A stretch of DNA of 64,000 nt from Carcharhinus amblyrhynchos (Eukaryota), in NCBI GenBank assembly GCA_965287045.1, contig OZ336873.1, positions 52,452,001 to 52,516,000 of the forward strand, written 5' to 3'. A model generated the notes under the pieces. That model did not search any database and was not told the origin of the DNA. It worked only from the letters and a program-made list of their open reading frames with translations. A program made the translations under genes and the position numbers. Every line of letters starts with the position of its first letter. Within the stretch, counting starts at the first letter, position 1. Shown one piece after another: positions 51,040 to 62,114 of the stretch.

Positions 51040-52840
51040 TCCATGGCCTGGGCCTTGGCACCTCCTTCTGCAACTGGATCCTGAACTTCTTAACTCACAG
51101 ACCACAATCAGTAAGGATAGGCAACACCTCCTCCACGGTCATTCTCAACACTGGTGCCCTGCAGGGCTGTGTTCTCAGCATTCTACTATACTCCTTATTA
51201 ACCTATGACTATTTGGCTCAATTCCTCTCCAATTCGATTTTCAAGTTTGCTAATGACACCACCATAGTGGGTCAGATCTCAAACAATGACGAGACAGAGT
51301 ACAGGAATGAGATAGAGAATCTGGTGAGTTGGTTCGGCAACAATAACCTCTCCCTCAGTGTCAACAAAACGAAGGAGGCTGTCATCAACTTCAGGAAGCG
51401 TAAAGGTGAACATGCCCCTGTCTACATCAACGGGGATGAAGTAGAACGAGTCGAGACATTCAAGCTTTTAGGTGTCCAAATCACCAACAACCTGTCCTGC
51501 TCCCCCCATGCCGACACTAAGAACATAAGAAATAGGAGCAGGAGTAGGCCATCTAGCCCTTCGAGTCTGCCCCGCCATTCAATAAGATCATGGCTGATCT
51601 GAAGTGGATCAGTTCCACTTTCCCGCTTTCTCCCCATAACCCTTAATTCCCCTGTCTATCAGAAACCTTTCTACCCGTGACTTAAATATATTTAGTGAGG
51701 TAGCCTCCACCTCTTCAACGGGCAGAGAATTCCAGAGATTCACCACCCTTTGAGTGAAGAATTTTCTCCTCAACTCCGATCTAAACTGCCACCCCCTTAT
51801 CTTGAGGCTGTGCCCTCTAGTCCTGCTAACCTTTCTAAGCGGAAAGAATCTCTCTACCTCTACCCTGTCCATCCCTTTCATTATCTTATACGTCTCCATA
51901 AGATCCCCCCCTCATCCTTCTAAACTCCAACGAGTACAGACCCAGTCTACTTAGTCTCTCTTCATAGTCCAACCCCCTCATCTCCGGTATCAGCCTAGTG
52001 AACCTCCTCTGCGCTCCCTCCAAGGCCAAAATATCCTTGCGCAAGTGCGGCAACCAAAACTGCTCACAGTACTCCAGCTGTGGCCTCACCAGTGCCCAGT
52101 ACAGTTGCAGCAAGACCTCCCTGCTTTTATATTCTATCCCCCTTGCTGTAAAGGCCAGCATTCCATTCGCCTTCTTGATCACCTTCTGCAACTGCAGACT
52201 GGGTTTTTGCGACTCATGCACAAGGACCCCCAGGTCCCTCTGCACCGTAGCATGCACTGTAGTATCATTAAGAAAGCCCACCAAAGCCTCTATTTTCTCA
52301 GAAAACTAAGGAAATTTGGCATGTCAGCTACAACTCTCACCAACTTCTACAGATGCACGAAAGAAAGCATTCTTTATGGTTGTATCACAGTTTGGTATGG
52401 CTCCTGCTCTGCCCAAGACTGCAAGGAACTACAAAAGGTTGTGAATGTAGCCCAATTCATCATGAAAACCAACCTCCAATCCATTGACTCATGTCTACAC
52501 TTCCCGCTGCCTTGGCAAAGCAGCCAGCATAGTTAAGAACCCCGGACATTCTCTCTTCCACCTCCTTCCATCAGGAAAATAAATATAAAAGTCTGAGGTC
52601 ATGTACCAGCTGACTCAAGAACAGCTTCTTCCCTGCTGCTGTCAGACTTTTGAGTGGACTTGCCTTGCATTAAGTTGATCTTTCTCTACATCCTAGCTAT
52701 GACTGTAACATTATATTCTGCACTCTCTTGTTTCCTTCTCTATGAATGGTATGCTTTGTCTGTATAGCACGCAAGAAACAATACTTTTCACTGTATGTTA
52801 ATACGCATGACAATAATAAATCAAACTAAATAAAACCAAA
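51040..52840 (+). mobile_element. Rex1/Babar-type LINE 3' part, split by a CR1
   Basis: [18 protein letters not shown]...QGCVLS...KFANDTT; resumes KKAHQSLYFLRKLRKFGM...NFYRCT.ESILYGCITVWYG; tail caataataaatcaaa. Confidence 0.85.
51519..52254 (-). mobile_element. Young CR1 3' fragment nested in the Rex/Babar element
   Basis: Close match to 30428-31357; flanked by cact at 51515-51518 and 52255-52258. Confidence 0.9.
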
Positions 52841-54889
52841 ATCAGAAGGTAAATTTCACACTAAATAATAAATACAACTCATGTAGTCACAAGCACTTGC
52901 ATCACTTCCTGCACAAATGTAGCATCACATGCAACCTCAGTCTTTCCAACTTGGCCTCCAATGTGTTGGATCTCTCACTTCTCATTCAATAGGTTTGGCA
53001 CTGAGTTGTTTTCAAGGCAGCCACATTCCATCCAAACTTCAGTATCTGGTTAACCCTGAGCGTGTACAAACCCTCTCACATTCAGGTAATGACTGTTCCT
53101 TTTTCAAACAAACCAGCATACCCAGTTCACAGCAAGCATTCAGCTTGCTCATATACTGCTTCATAAAGAGCACCTGAAGTTATATTTTCTTCCTACTGCC
53201 AGACAGCAAGTTGATCTATTCATATGGAGCTCTCCTTGCTTCCCCTCATAAGAATTTTGTATTTGAACTGCAGGTTCTGAGACCAGCTATAATTCAATCT
53301 CCAAATAGTTTTTTTATTTACCTTTTTTTAGCCTTCATCCCCATAGCAACCTCAGGTTACCTGGGCATTTCTTCGGGCTAAAATGCTTGCTAGAAAGTCC
53401 AATTGCACCCCTTCCAGAATACTCCTAGTTTTACTTGAAATCAAAAATATCTTTCACAAAAAATATAGATTTTTTTCCAAAGCACAAGGTCACCTTGTGT
53501 TGAAGATGATGTACTCATATTGAAGTTTTGGGTAGCAGAAAACGTCCATGAATTCAAAACATATGGCTGGATTCCTATTGCCAATGGTCTGAAAAGAGAA
53601 AGCAAAGTCGTGACAATAATTGATCAATACACTCCAAGGTTTTTCTTATGATCATATTACTATTATAAAGCAATTTTAAAATGAATAAAACTTGCACCTT
53701 TATCTTTCAGTTAAAATGAAGATGGATGTTAATGCTGTACTCACGCTGAGAAACAAACTGTACAAATGGCGAAAAGAGATAAATTGGAACACCTTCAGCA
53801 AACACCATTAGTGAACACAGATTTAATAAATCCTTTAACGAAATGTTTGCTGACCTTAATTCAGTGACACAAATAATTTGCTTTATTTTCCAGGGGAAAA
53901 CCAGTGCATCTTTGCAAAATAGACGCTTTGTCCAATGTTATTCATTCCTTGTGTGTTGTAAGGAACACTAACATGAAAACTAATACTTATATCTATTACG
54001 TTTCAGTGCAATGTGTAACTTGTGTGTGATACTGTCATGTTAAAAATGATGGATATCTCTCATATACTATTTTTTCCATCCAGACAAAAAGGTTGGCCAA
54101 GCACTTTCTCATGACTATAGCACCACGTTCAGCGTATTCATTCACTATAATTAGCTACATGAGGTGTAAATGATGCTTCTATTTTTCCTATCAAAATGTA
54201 CCACCTCATATATATCTTCATTAAAATTAATTTGCCATTTAACTGCCTAGTCTAAGTTTTTAAAAATAATCTTCTTCTGTAATGTTTCATTTGCCTCAAT
54301 TGTTAGCGATGAACTTTGTGGAACACCACTATCTACCTTCTTCCAATAACTCCTTATGCCAACACTGTTTTCTGTGTCGTGGCCAATTTTTTGTCCATTC
54401 AGTTATTTGTCCTGGCACAACATGTCTAACACCTTTGTCATGAGTCTACAACATGGTCCCTTATCAAAGGCCTTTTGATAATATAAATATATAACATCTT
54501 CCCCATCACCCTTGTTTATCCATTCCATTGCTCCTGTTACAACAAATTCTATCAGGTTCAGTAAGCAGGACTTAGCCTTTCAAAATCCATGCATTTTTAA
54601 AATTATATTTTCTGTCTCCATATACTCTTTTATCATTTATTTTAGTATGGATTACAGTATATCATTGACACTAAACTGGCTGGTCCACAGTAACAAGGAT
54701 TTTTTTCACCACATGCCCCAATCAGACAATCATGGTGGCCCAACTTCACCACCACTTGTCTTGAACCCTCTATTTTCTCTACATTTTCAAACTGTTTGTT
54801 TGATATCCAATACTGGTTGAGTAGAGGTTTCGTTCCACTTTCCCCACTATCAACTCTGTTCTCTAGTTTGCTAAATTCCTTCTTAGTAT

Positions 54890-55310
54890 CGGGGGATTAG
54901 CAGGGTAAATACATGGCATATACGGGGATAGGGTCTGGATGGGATTGTTGTTGGTGCAGGCTCATAGAATCATAGAATCCGTACAGTGTAGAAGGGGTAA
55001 TTTGGCACCGACAACAATCCCACCCAGGTCCTATCCCCATAACTCTACGTATTTATCCTGCTAATCTCCCTGACACTAACAGGCAATTTAGCATGGCCAA
55101 TTCATCTAACCCACACATATTTAGATTGGAGGAGGAAACCAGAGCACCCTGAGGAAACCCATGCAGTTGTAGGGAGAACATATAAACTCCACACAGACAG
55201 TCATCCGAAGTCGGGATTGAACCCGGGTCCCTGACGCGGTAAGGAGGCAGTGCCAACCACTGTGCTGCTCGATGGATCAATTACCTCCTTCTGCCATGTA
55301 GTGATTTCAT
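54890..55310 (-). mobile_element. HE1-like SINE (-, ~54963-55268) nested in a (+) SINE 3' fragment
   Basis: Host ggggattagcagggtaaat...ggtgcaggctc resumes as ctcgatggatcaa...cctccttctgc after the inverted copy. Confidence 0.65.
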
Positions 55311-55868
55311 TTATTCCATTCCTCACTGAACCTAGTCTGAATCAGACTATTGGAACCTTAATGTCATATTTTATCCTGTGACTAGCTTTCGACCACATTT
55401 CTGTGTCATTACTAAACTGCCTATTTCCACCTCTGTAACAATGTCTAACTAAATTCCTGCTTCAGCTCAACTGTTGAAACAACATGTGTGGTTTATACAT
55501 CATGGAAAACTCAAGATTACATTAATTCACTGCAGATCCAAAATTGCAAAATGACATGAACAATGGGATTTGGTCAAAAATGCAGTTTCAAGGCACTATC
55601 AACAACAAAAATCCACCAACAGATAGCTTTAATTTCTGTGTTCAAATTTGCAAACATATGGATACACAATCACACCAGATGGCTCATCTTAAAAACAAGC
55701 TTTCTTCCCACAGTAGAACAGGGTGCCAAAGGAAAAGTCATAATCCCATCACCTGAAACCGTCATGGCCCATCATTAATTATTTCCACTAAAAGTTTTCA
55801 TTGTCAAAACTACCATCCTGTAGATTTCAGATTCCAGCATCTGCAGTAATTTGTTTTTATCCAGTAGG

Positions 55869-56572
55869 TCATAAGAACACAAGAACTAGGAGCAGGAGTA
55901 GGCCACGTGGCTCCTCAAGCCAGCTCTGCCGTTTAATAAGATCATAGCTGATGGTTTCATGGACTCAGCTCCACTTACCGACCCACTCACCATAACCCTT
56001 AATTCCTTTATTGTTCAAAAATTGATCTATCCTTGCCTTAAAAACATTCAATGACGTACACTCAATTGCTTCACTGGGCAGGGGATTCCACAGACTCACA
56101 ACCCTTTGTGGGAAGAAGTTCCTCCTCAACTCAGTCCTAAATCTGCTCCCCCTTATTTTGAGGCTGTGCCCCCTAATTCTAGTTTCACCTTAAATGGAAA
56201 CAGCTTCCCTGCTTCTATCTTATCTATTCCCTTCATAATCTTATATGTTTCTATAAGATCTCCCATCAATATTCTGAATTCCAATGAGTATAGCCCAGTC
56301 TACTCAGTCTCTCCTCATAAGTCAACCCGCTTAACTCTGGAATCAACCTAGTGAATCTCCTCTGTACCCTCTCTAGTGCCAGTATATCCTTTCGCAAGTA
56401 AGGAGACCAAAATGACATATTATTCCAGGTGTGGCCTCACCAGCACCTTATACAGCTGCAACATAACCTTGCTGTTTTTAAACTCCATCCCTCTAGCGTT
56501 GAAGGACAAAATTCTATTTGCCTTCCTAATTATCTGCTGTCCCTAGAAACCAAGTTTTTGTGATTCATGCTT
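55869..56572 (-). mobile_element. CR1 3' fragment
   Basis: cataagaacacaagaactaggagcaggagtaggcc...; homologous to 30428. Confidence 0.85.
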
Positions 56573-56659
56573 GTCATCCCAGGGTTAGCTAGCACTACGT
56601 ATGAAATGTTGGCATAGTATAGATATTAGTCTGTGATATTAGCAGAAGATATGCCTCTT

Positions 56660-56870
56660 GTTTCTCTAGACTCAACTTCAACTCATTTCTGGCTGGCTTC
56701 CCACCTTCCACCCTCCATAAACCTGAGGACATTCATAACTCTGCAGCCCTATACTAACTTGTTCCAAATCCCATTGACCCATCACCCCTGTGGTCCCTGA
56801 ATTACGTTGGTTCCTCAACTACTAACCCATTTCAAAAGTGTCATCCTCCATCATCTCACCCACCCCGAGT
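56660..56870 (+). mobile_element. L2 LINE ORF2 C-terminal remnant
   Basis: Translates as SRLNFNSFLAGFPPSTLHKPEDIHNSAA...PITPV...L.W. Confidence 0.55.
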
Positions 56871-56881
56871 CTTTTATGTCA

Positions 56882-57104
56882 AGCTCCACCTCCACCTGGG
56901 CCTAACCATTGGCTTAGTTTAGCACCTACTAATTATATAGTAACAGGATAACGACTTTATATTGTAAGTACCATGTGCAGTAACTGGACCTATGTGCATT
57001 AAATAAACATGGTCGGTCTTATAATAAGGGATTTTCACAGTTATTTTACTGCAGTATTAATGTAAGCCTACTTGCAACATTAATAAAGAAACTTTAATAT
57101 GCAG
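56882..57104 (+). repeat. Direct repeat copy 1, upstream of the PRMT7 promoter
   Basis: Aligns end to end with 57445-57677. Confidence 0.9.
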
Positions 57105-57119
57105 ACAGCGGACCATGAG

Positions 57120-57210
57120 ATTCCCAGGCCAGCATCACCGCGCCTGCGCACCGCGGCCGGCAGTCGCCGCGCCTGCGCACTCAGGTCAGGAGCTGACAAT
57201 ATGGCGGCAC
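57120..57210 (+). promoter_or_regulatory. PRMT7 CpG-island core promoter with two NRF1 sites and a YY1 site
   Basis: cgcgcctgcgca at 57139-57150 and 57168-57179; caatatggcggc at 57197-57208. Confidence 0.75.
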
Positions 57211-57274
57211 GGGTGCAGCGAAGCAGCTGTGTGGACTGATCTCTGGAGAAGCGTGATTAGTTGTTCCTGGCGTC

Positions 57275-57369
57275 ATGAAGACTTTCTGTGGTAGGGCGAA
57301 CCCTACCACCGGCGCTATCGAGTGGGAGGAAGAAGACGAAGACTATGACTATCACCAGGAGATAGCGCG
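57275..57369 (+). CDS. PRMT7: PRMT7 first coding exon
   Basis: [31 protein letters not shown](R), donor CG|gtacgg; matches the PRMT7 N-terminus. Confidence 0.95.
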
Positions 57370-57444
57370 GTACGGAGCCGGCGCCGGTTTGACACGAGGG
57401 TCCGGTACAGCCGGCCTGCTGCCATGGCGACCCGGCCTGGACCG

Positions 57445-57677
57445 AGCTCTACCTCCACCTGGGCCCAGCCATTGGTTTAGTTTAGCACCTGCTAATTATG
57501 TAGTAACTAAGGATAACAACGCTTTGTATTATAGGTACCATGTGCAGTAACTGGATCTGTGTGCATTAAATAAACATAGTCGCAATGGGTCTTATAATAG
57601 GGGATTTTCACAGTAACTTTACTGCAGTGTTAATATAAGCCTACTTGTGACACTAATAAATCAACTTTAATATGCAG
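57445..57677 (+). repeat. Direct repeat copy 2, in PRMT7 intron 1
   Basis: Aligns with 56882-57104. Confidence 0.9.
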
Positions 57678-58609
57678 CAATAGTGTGTGTGTATTCCCGG
57701 GCAGTAGTCCACAGCCACAGTTTACAATAACTGCCTTGTTCTATTCTCCATATACAATAAGCATAACCTCTGTGACCTTGCCCTGCCAGCTGTTAATATT
57801 TTAAAGCTCTAGCAATTATCAAATTATGCATTTTTTTTATTGTAACATGCATTGGTATACAATAACTTATTGGTTCTTTAGCTATACAGACAAAACACAC
57901 AGTTCATAGAGTAAATAGGGGTAAAAGAACGGAGAGGGTGCAGAATGTAGATAGAATAATTGAATTTGCTCTTGGAAAGTAAGTTTATGAGATGTAACTG
58001 TTTTTCTATGAGTGCTTGAAAAACCACTTTCCCTTAACCCTGGGGGCTTGAATTGTTGCGAGTAAGCAACCCTGGATAAAAGCAGTCACTTTTCCCACCC
58101 TGTGAGGGAAGCATTGTTACATTGACTTGACTAGGGATAGGAAATCACAAAATTCTTGTATTGGAGTAATGTGCTGCTTTTTTTAATGTTAAATATGGAT
58201 TTTAGTCACAGCATGTCTGAAACTGGAATATAGTGCAAAGGTGAAGGGAGCCAGTTATGCAATGAATGGGAAGTGAGCATATCAATAAATATTCATTTGC
58301 CAAGTTGTGTAATGTCACAAACTGGACGTGCCTTCAAATCCTGTATTAAAGCCATTAGTGCTGTGATAATGAGAGAAAGAAATGTTCACATTTCTGAATA
58401 CTGGACATCTCAGCTAGTTCAAGTAACTAACATAAAAATTGTTGGATGTTTGAATATTAACTGAATCTTTCCCATTACACAATAGTTTCTGCTGCATTGC
58501 TGGACATCCAGTGCAACACTCTAAATATAAACCACATGATTTATTTAGATTATAACCTGTAAGGGCTTCCAGGTATCCACTAATCTGACTGCAAGTTACC
58601 TGAACTCTT

Positions 58610-58795
58610 CAATATTTATTTATTTATCAATGTCACAAGTAGGCTTACATTAATACTGCAATTAAGTTGCTGTGAAAATCCCCTAGTCGCCATACTCTGG
58701 TGCCTGTTTGGGTACACCTGAGGGAGAATTTAGCATGGCCAATCAATCTAACCAGCACGGCTTTTGAATTGTGGGAGGAAACTGGAGCACCAGAG
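58610..58795 (-). mobile_element. SINE 3' half
   Basis: Reverse complement of the 17607-type tail (gtcacaagtaggcttacattaatactgca...gtgaaaatcccc). Confidence 0.7.
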
Positions 58796-58949
58796 GTGAT
58801 TTGTATCCAAGGATATCGGACTCCTTCTGAATCACAACATTTATTTACCTCTTGTTTTTAAAAATAATTCTATTTTTCTATTCATCCTTACAACATAGAT
58901 AATTTCACATTTCCTCACTTTTTTGCCCAGTCACTTAACTGCATTGAAA

Positions 58950-59560
58950 ATAGTAACAAGAATAGGCCAGTTGGCCCTTCCAGCATACTCTGCCATTCAG
59001 TATAATCATGACTGATCATCCAACTCGGCAGCCTGATCCAACCTTTTCCCTGTATCATTTGATCCCCTTTGCTCCAAGAGCTCGACCTAACTTCTTCCTG
59101 AAAATATACAATGTTTTGGCCTCAATTGCTTCCTGTGGTAGTGAATTCTGTAGGCTTACCCATTCTCTTGGTGAAGAAATTTCTCCTCATCTGTCCTAAA
59201 AGATTTGTCTAGAATCTTTACCCTATGACCCTTGCCCGTTGAAGTGGTGGAGGCTAACTCGCTAAATATATTTAAGACGCGGGTAGATAGGTTTTTGGTA
59301 GGCAAGGGGATTAAGGGTTATGGGGAGAAAGCGGGAAAGTGGAACTGAGCCACTTCAGATCAGCCATGATCTTATTGAATGGCGATGCAGGCTCGAGGGG
59401 CTAGATGGCCTACTCCTGCTCCTATTTCTTATGTTCTTATGAAACCCACGCAGACATGGAGAGAACATGCAGCCTCTGCATAGAGGTGACCCAAGCCGAG
59501 AATTGGACTCAGGTCCCTGATACTATGAGGCAGCAGTGCTAACCATTGTGCCACCGTGCT
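58950..59560. mobile_element. Cluster of an old CR1 tail (-), a young CR1 tail (+, ~59232-59441) and a SINE head (-)
   Basis: 59232-59441 is the reverse complement of the 30428/51519 tails. Confidence 0.75.
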
Positions 59561-59663
59561 ACCCATTCGATTACAGGCTCATAAATTACTGAAAACCATT
59601 TTATCGGATGAATGTTACACTACTTGGAGTTAACTGGCTCATTTTTCACCATCTTTTTATCAG

Positions 59664-59700
59664 GTCGTCTTATGCAGATATGCTACATGACAAAGATAGG
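59664..59700 (+). CDS. PRMT7: PRMT7 coding exon 2
   Basis: tttatcag|G TCG...AGG|gtaagc; SSYADMLHDKDR. Confidence 0.95.
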
Positions 59701-60489
59701 GTAAGCATTTGATGCAAGATGTTTATTGACTTTAAATGTGTGTTAATTTAGAGGATAAAGGGAACTGTACAGCCTCAAACTGTATAGCCTTACTGGATTG
59801 TAATTAGCAGCAGGATCTCTAGACCATTTTCCTTGCCTAGTTATCAGCTATTAGGCTGATTGGAGGTAATAAATTGCCCCTAAATTAGTTTCCCTCAATG
59901 TGGAAAGCCATAAACAATACATAAGGGTCATGGGCGGAGGGGGGGACTGGTAATGTTAAAATGGCGGCGTGGGCTTGTTGGGCCGAAGAGCCTGTTTCCC
60001 GGGCTGTTTTTGTTCTTTGTCCTTTTGTTCTTTGTCCAGGCTATGGTGGTTAGTTATAGTCGCTTGGTACTGCATTGGCTACAAAGAGCAGACAGTACAC
60101 GGATCAGGAAGTGAGTTTTAAATTTAAATTTAAACTTTGACAGGCTATATACTGCTTATGTACAACTTAGATAGTGAAGGTTGCCTGGACCACAGAAGAT
60201 GAACCGTACTGAAGATTTCTCTGAAATATTTCCAAGTTGAAAATGAATGCTTTTTCTTGTATCACTCATCTTGTGTGTCTCAGTGGCGTCTTTCAGATTA
60301 ACACGATTTGGGGCCTGGGTTGCCAGATGCTCCCTGTGGAACCTGGGTGACGTAATTGGGTGAAAATAGGAAAAAATTAATAAGAGTGAGTGGTTATGGC
60401 GATTGTTATTTGAGCTGAGTGGGGAATTATTATATATCTAAACAACTTTATTGCAGCAGATGATTAACCCAATGAAATTGTATTTACAG

Positions 60490-60639
60490 AATGAAAAGTA
60501 TCACTGTGGAATCCGTGCGGCAGTCCGCAGGGTGAAAGAACGAGGCCAGAAGGCAATTGTCCTGGATATTGGAACTGGGACAGGCCTGTTGTCCATGATG
60601 GCAGCGAGAGCTGGTGCTGAGTATTGTTATGCAATAGAG
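60490..60639 (+). CDS. PRMT7: PRMT7 coding exon 3 (SAM-binding motif I); gene continues past the window
   Basis: ttacag|AAT...GAG|gtgaga; [50 protein letters not shown]. Confidence 0.95.
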
Positions 60640-60959
60640 GTGAGACTTCAGGGGTGCATTACTCTTCAGGTTTCTGTTTTATTTTGTTTGAGTTTATATA
60701 CTTTCTGTAAAGTATTTTCCTCAGTCTTGTTGATCCTCTAAGTCTTATGGTTTTGGAGATCAAATGAGCAAGCTGGCAGCAGTTAATTACTTTATTAAAC
60801 AACAATACAAAAAAAGCTATTCATTCTAGAAAAGCTTCTGCCAGAATTAGCTGAAGTAGTTGTTAGTTGCATGGCATTGTATCTCTGCCTCAAACTCTTG
60901 ACAATTTTTGAAATTAATGGGATTTGTGTGATTGTCCAGTCTTAATTTCAGTTTGATCG

Positions 60960-62075
60960 GATGAGCTATGGCCTTGAACTACTGTATTCCGTGAAATGCA
61001 GGTACATCCATAGTGCTGTTAAGAAGAATATTCAAGGTTTTTGATCCAGTGACAGAGAAGGAACAGTGATATAGTTGCAAATCAATATAGTGGGTGGCTT
61101 GGAGAGGGACGTGCAAATGGTAGTGTTCTCATGTGTTGGCTGCCCATATCCTTCTTGGTGGTAGAGGTTGCAGGTTAGAGGGTGCTGTCACTGGTGCTTG
61201 ACAAGTTGCTGCAGTGCATTTTGGCATATAATACCCAGTGCTGCCATGTGCGCTGGCGAGTGAATGTTAAGGGTGGTGGATAAAGGGCTTATGGTAAAAT
61301 ACATGGAAAAGCACCTCTCTAGTGTTATTCGAATTCCACTCAATAATATTCCCGCATGTCCCTGACTTGTGTCTTGTTGAAGGTGGCTTTGGAAAGTCAG
61401 GAGATTATTTACTTCAGAATTCCCAGTTTCTGACCTGCTGTTGTAGCCACAGTATTTAAATTGCTGGTTCAGTTAGCATTTTGGTTAATGGTAAGATTTT
61501 GGTGGTAGGTTCAGCAGTGTTACGACCATTGAACATCAAGGAGTGATTTGCTTAACTCTCTCCAGTCAGAGATGGTTAGACTTTCTCCTGTTGGAGATGG
61601 TGCGAATATTATGTGGTGTAAATGTTATTTGTCATTTATGAAACCATGTCTGAATGTTGTCTTGCTGCATGGAGACGTGGACTGCTTCAGTATCTTAAGG
61701 AGTCACAAATAGTACTAAAATTGTGAAAACACTAGCACATAACCCATTACTGACTTGAAGAAAGATCATTGAGACAGCGGAAACTAGTTGGACCTAGGAC
61801 ACTACCCTGAGGAATTCCTGCAGGGGTATCCTGGGGATAAACTCCCAGGATCATTTTCTTTTATGCTAGCTGTGACTCCAATCATGGAGATTTCCCTCTG
61901 CTCCCCCAATTCCCACTGATTTAAATTTTGTTCGGGTACCTTAATGCCATACTAGGTTAAATGCAGCCTTGGTGTCAAAGTTGATCACTCTCACCTTTTT
62001 TGAGTGCAGCCCTTTTGTTCATGCTTAAACCAAGGTTGTAATGAGGCCAGGAACTGAGTGGCCCTGGCAGAACCC
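60960..62075 (-). mobile_element. CR1/L2-superfamily LINE 3' fragment, same family as 5310-6480
   Basis: Colinear with 5310-6310. Confidence 0.7.
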
Positions 62076-62114
62076 TATGCACTATACGCTAGATACATCT
62101 ATGACATTTTCTTC

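Noticed and set aside
57370-57550. Continuation of the 91-aa ORF beyond PRMT7 exon 1
   Set aside because: Read-through into intron 1; PRMT7 similarity resumes in frame at 59664.
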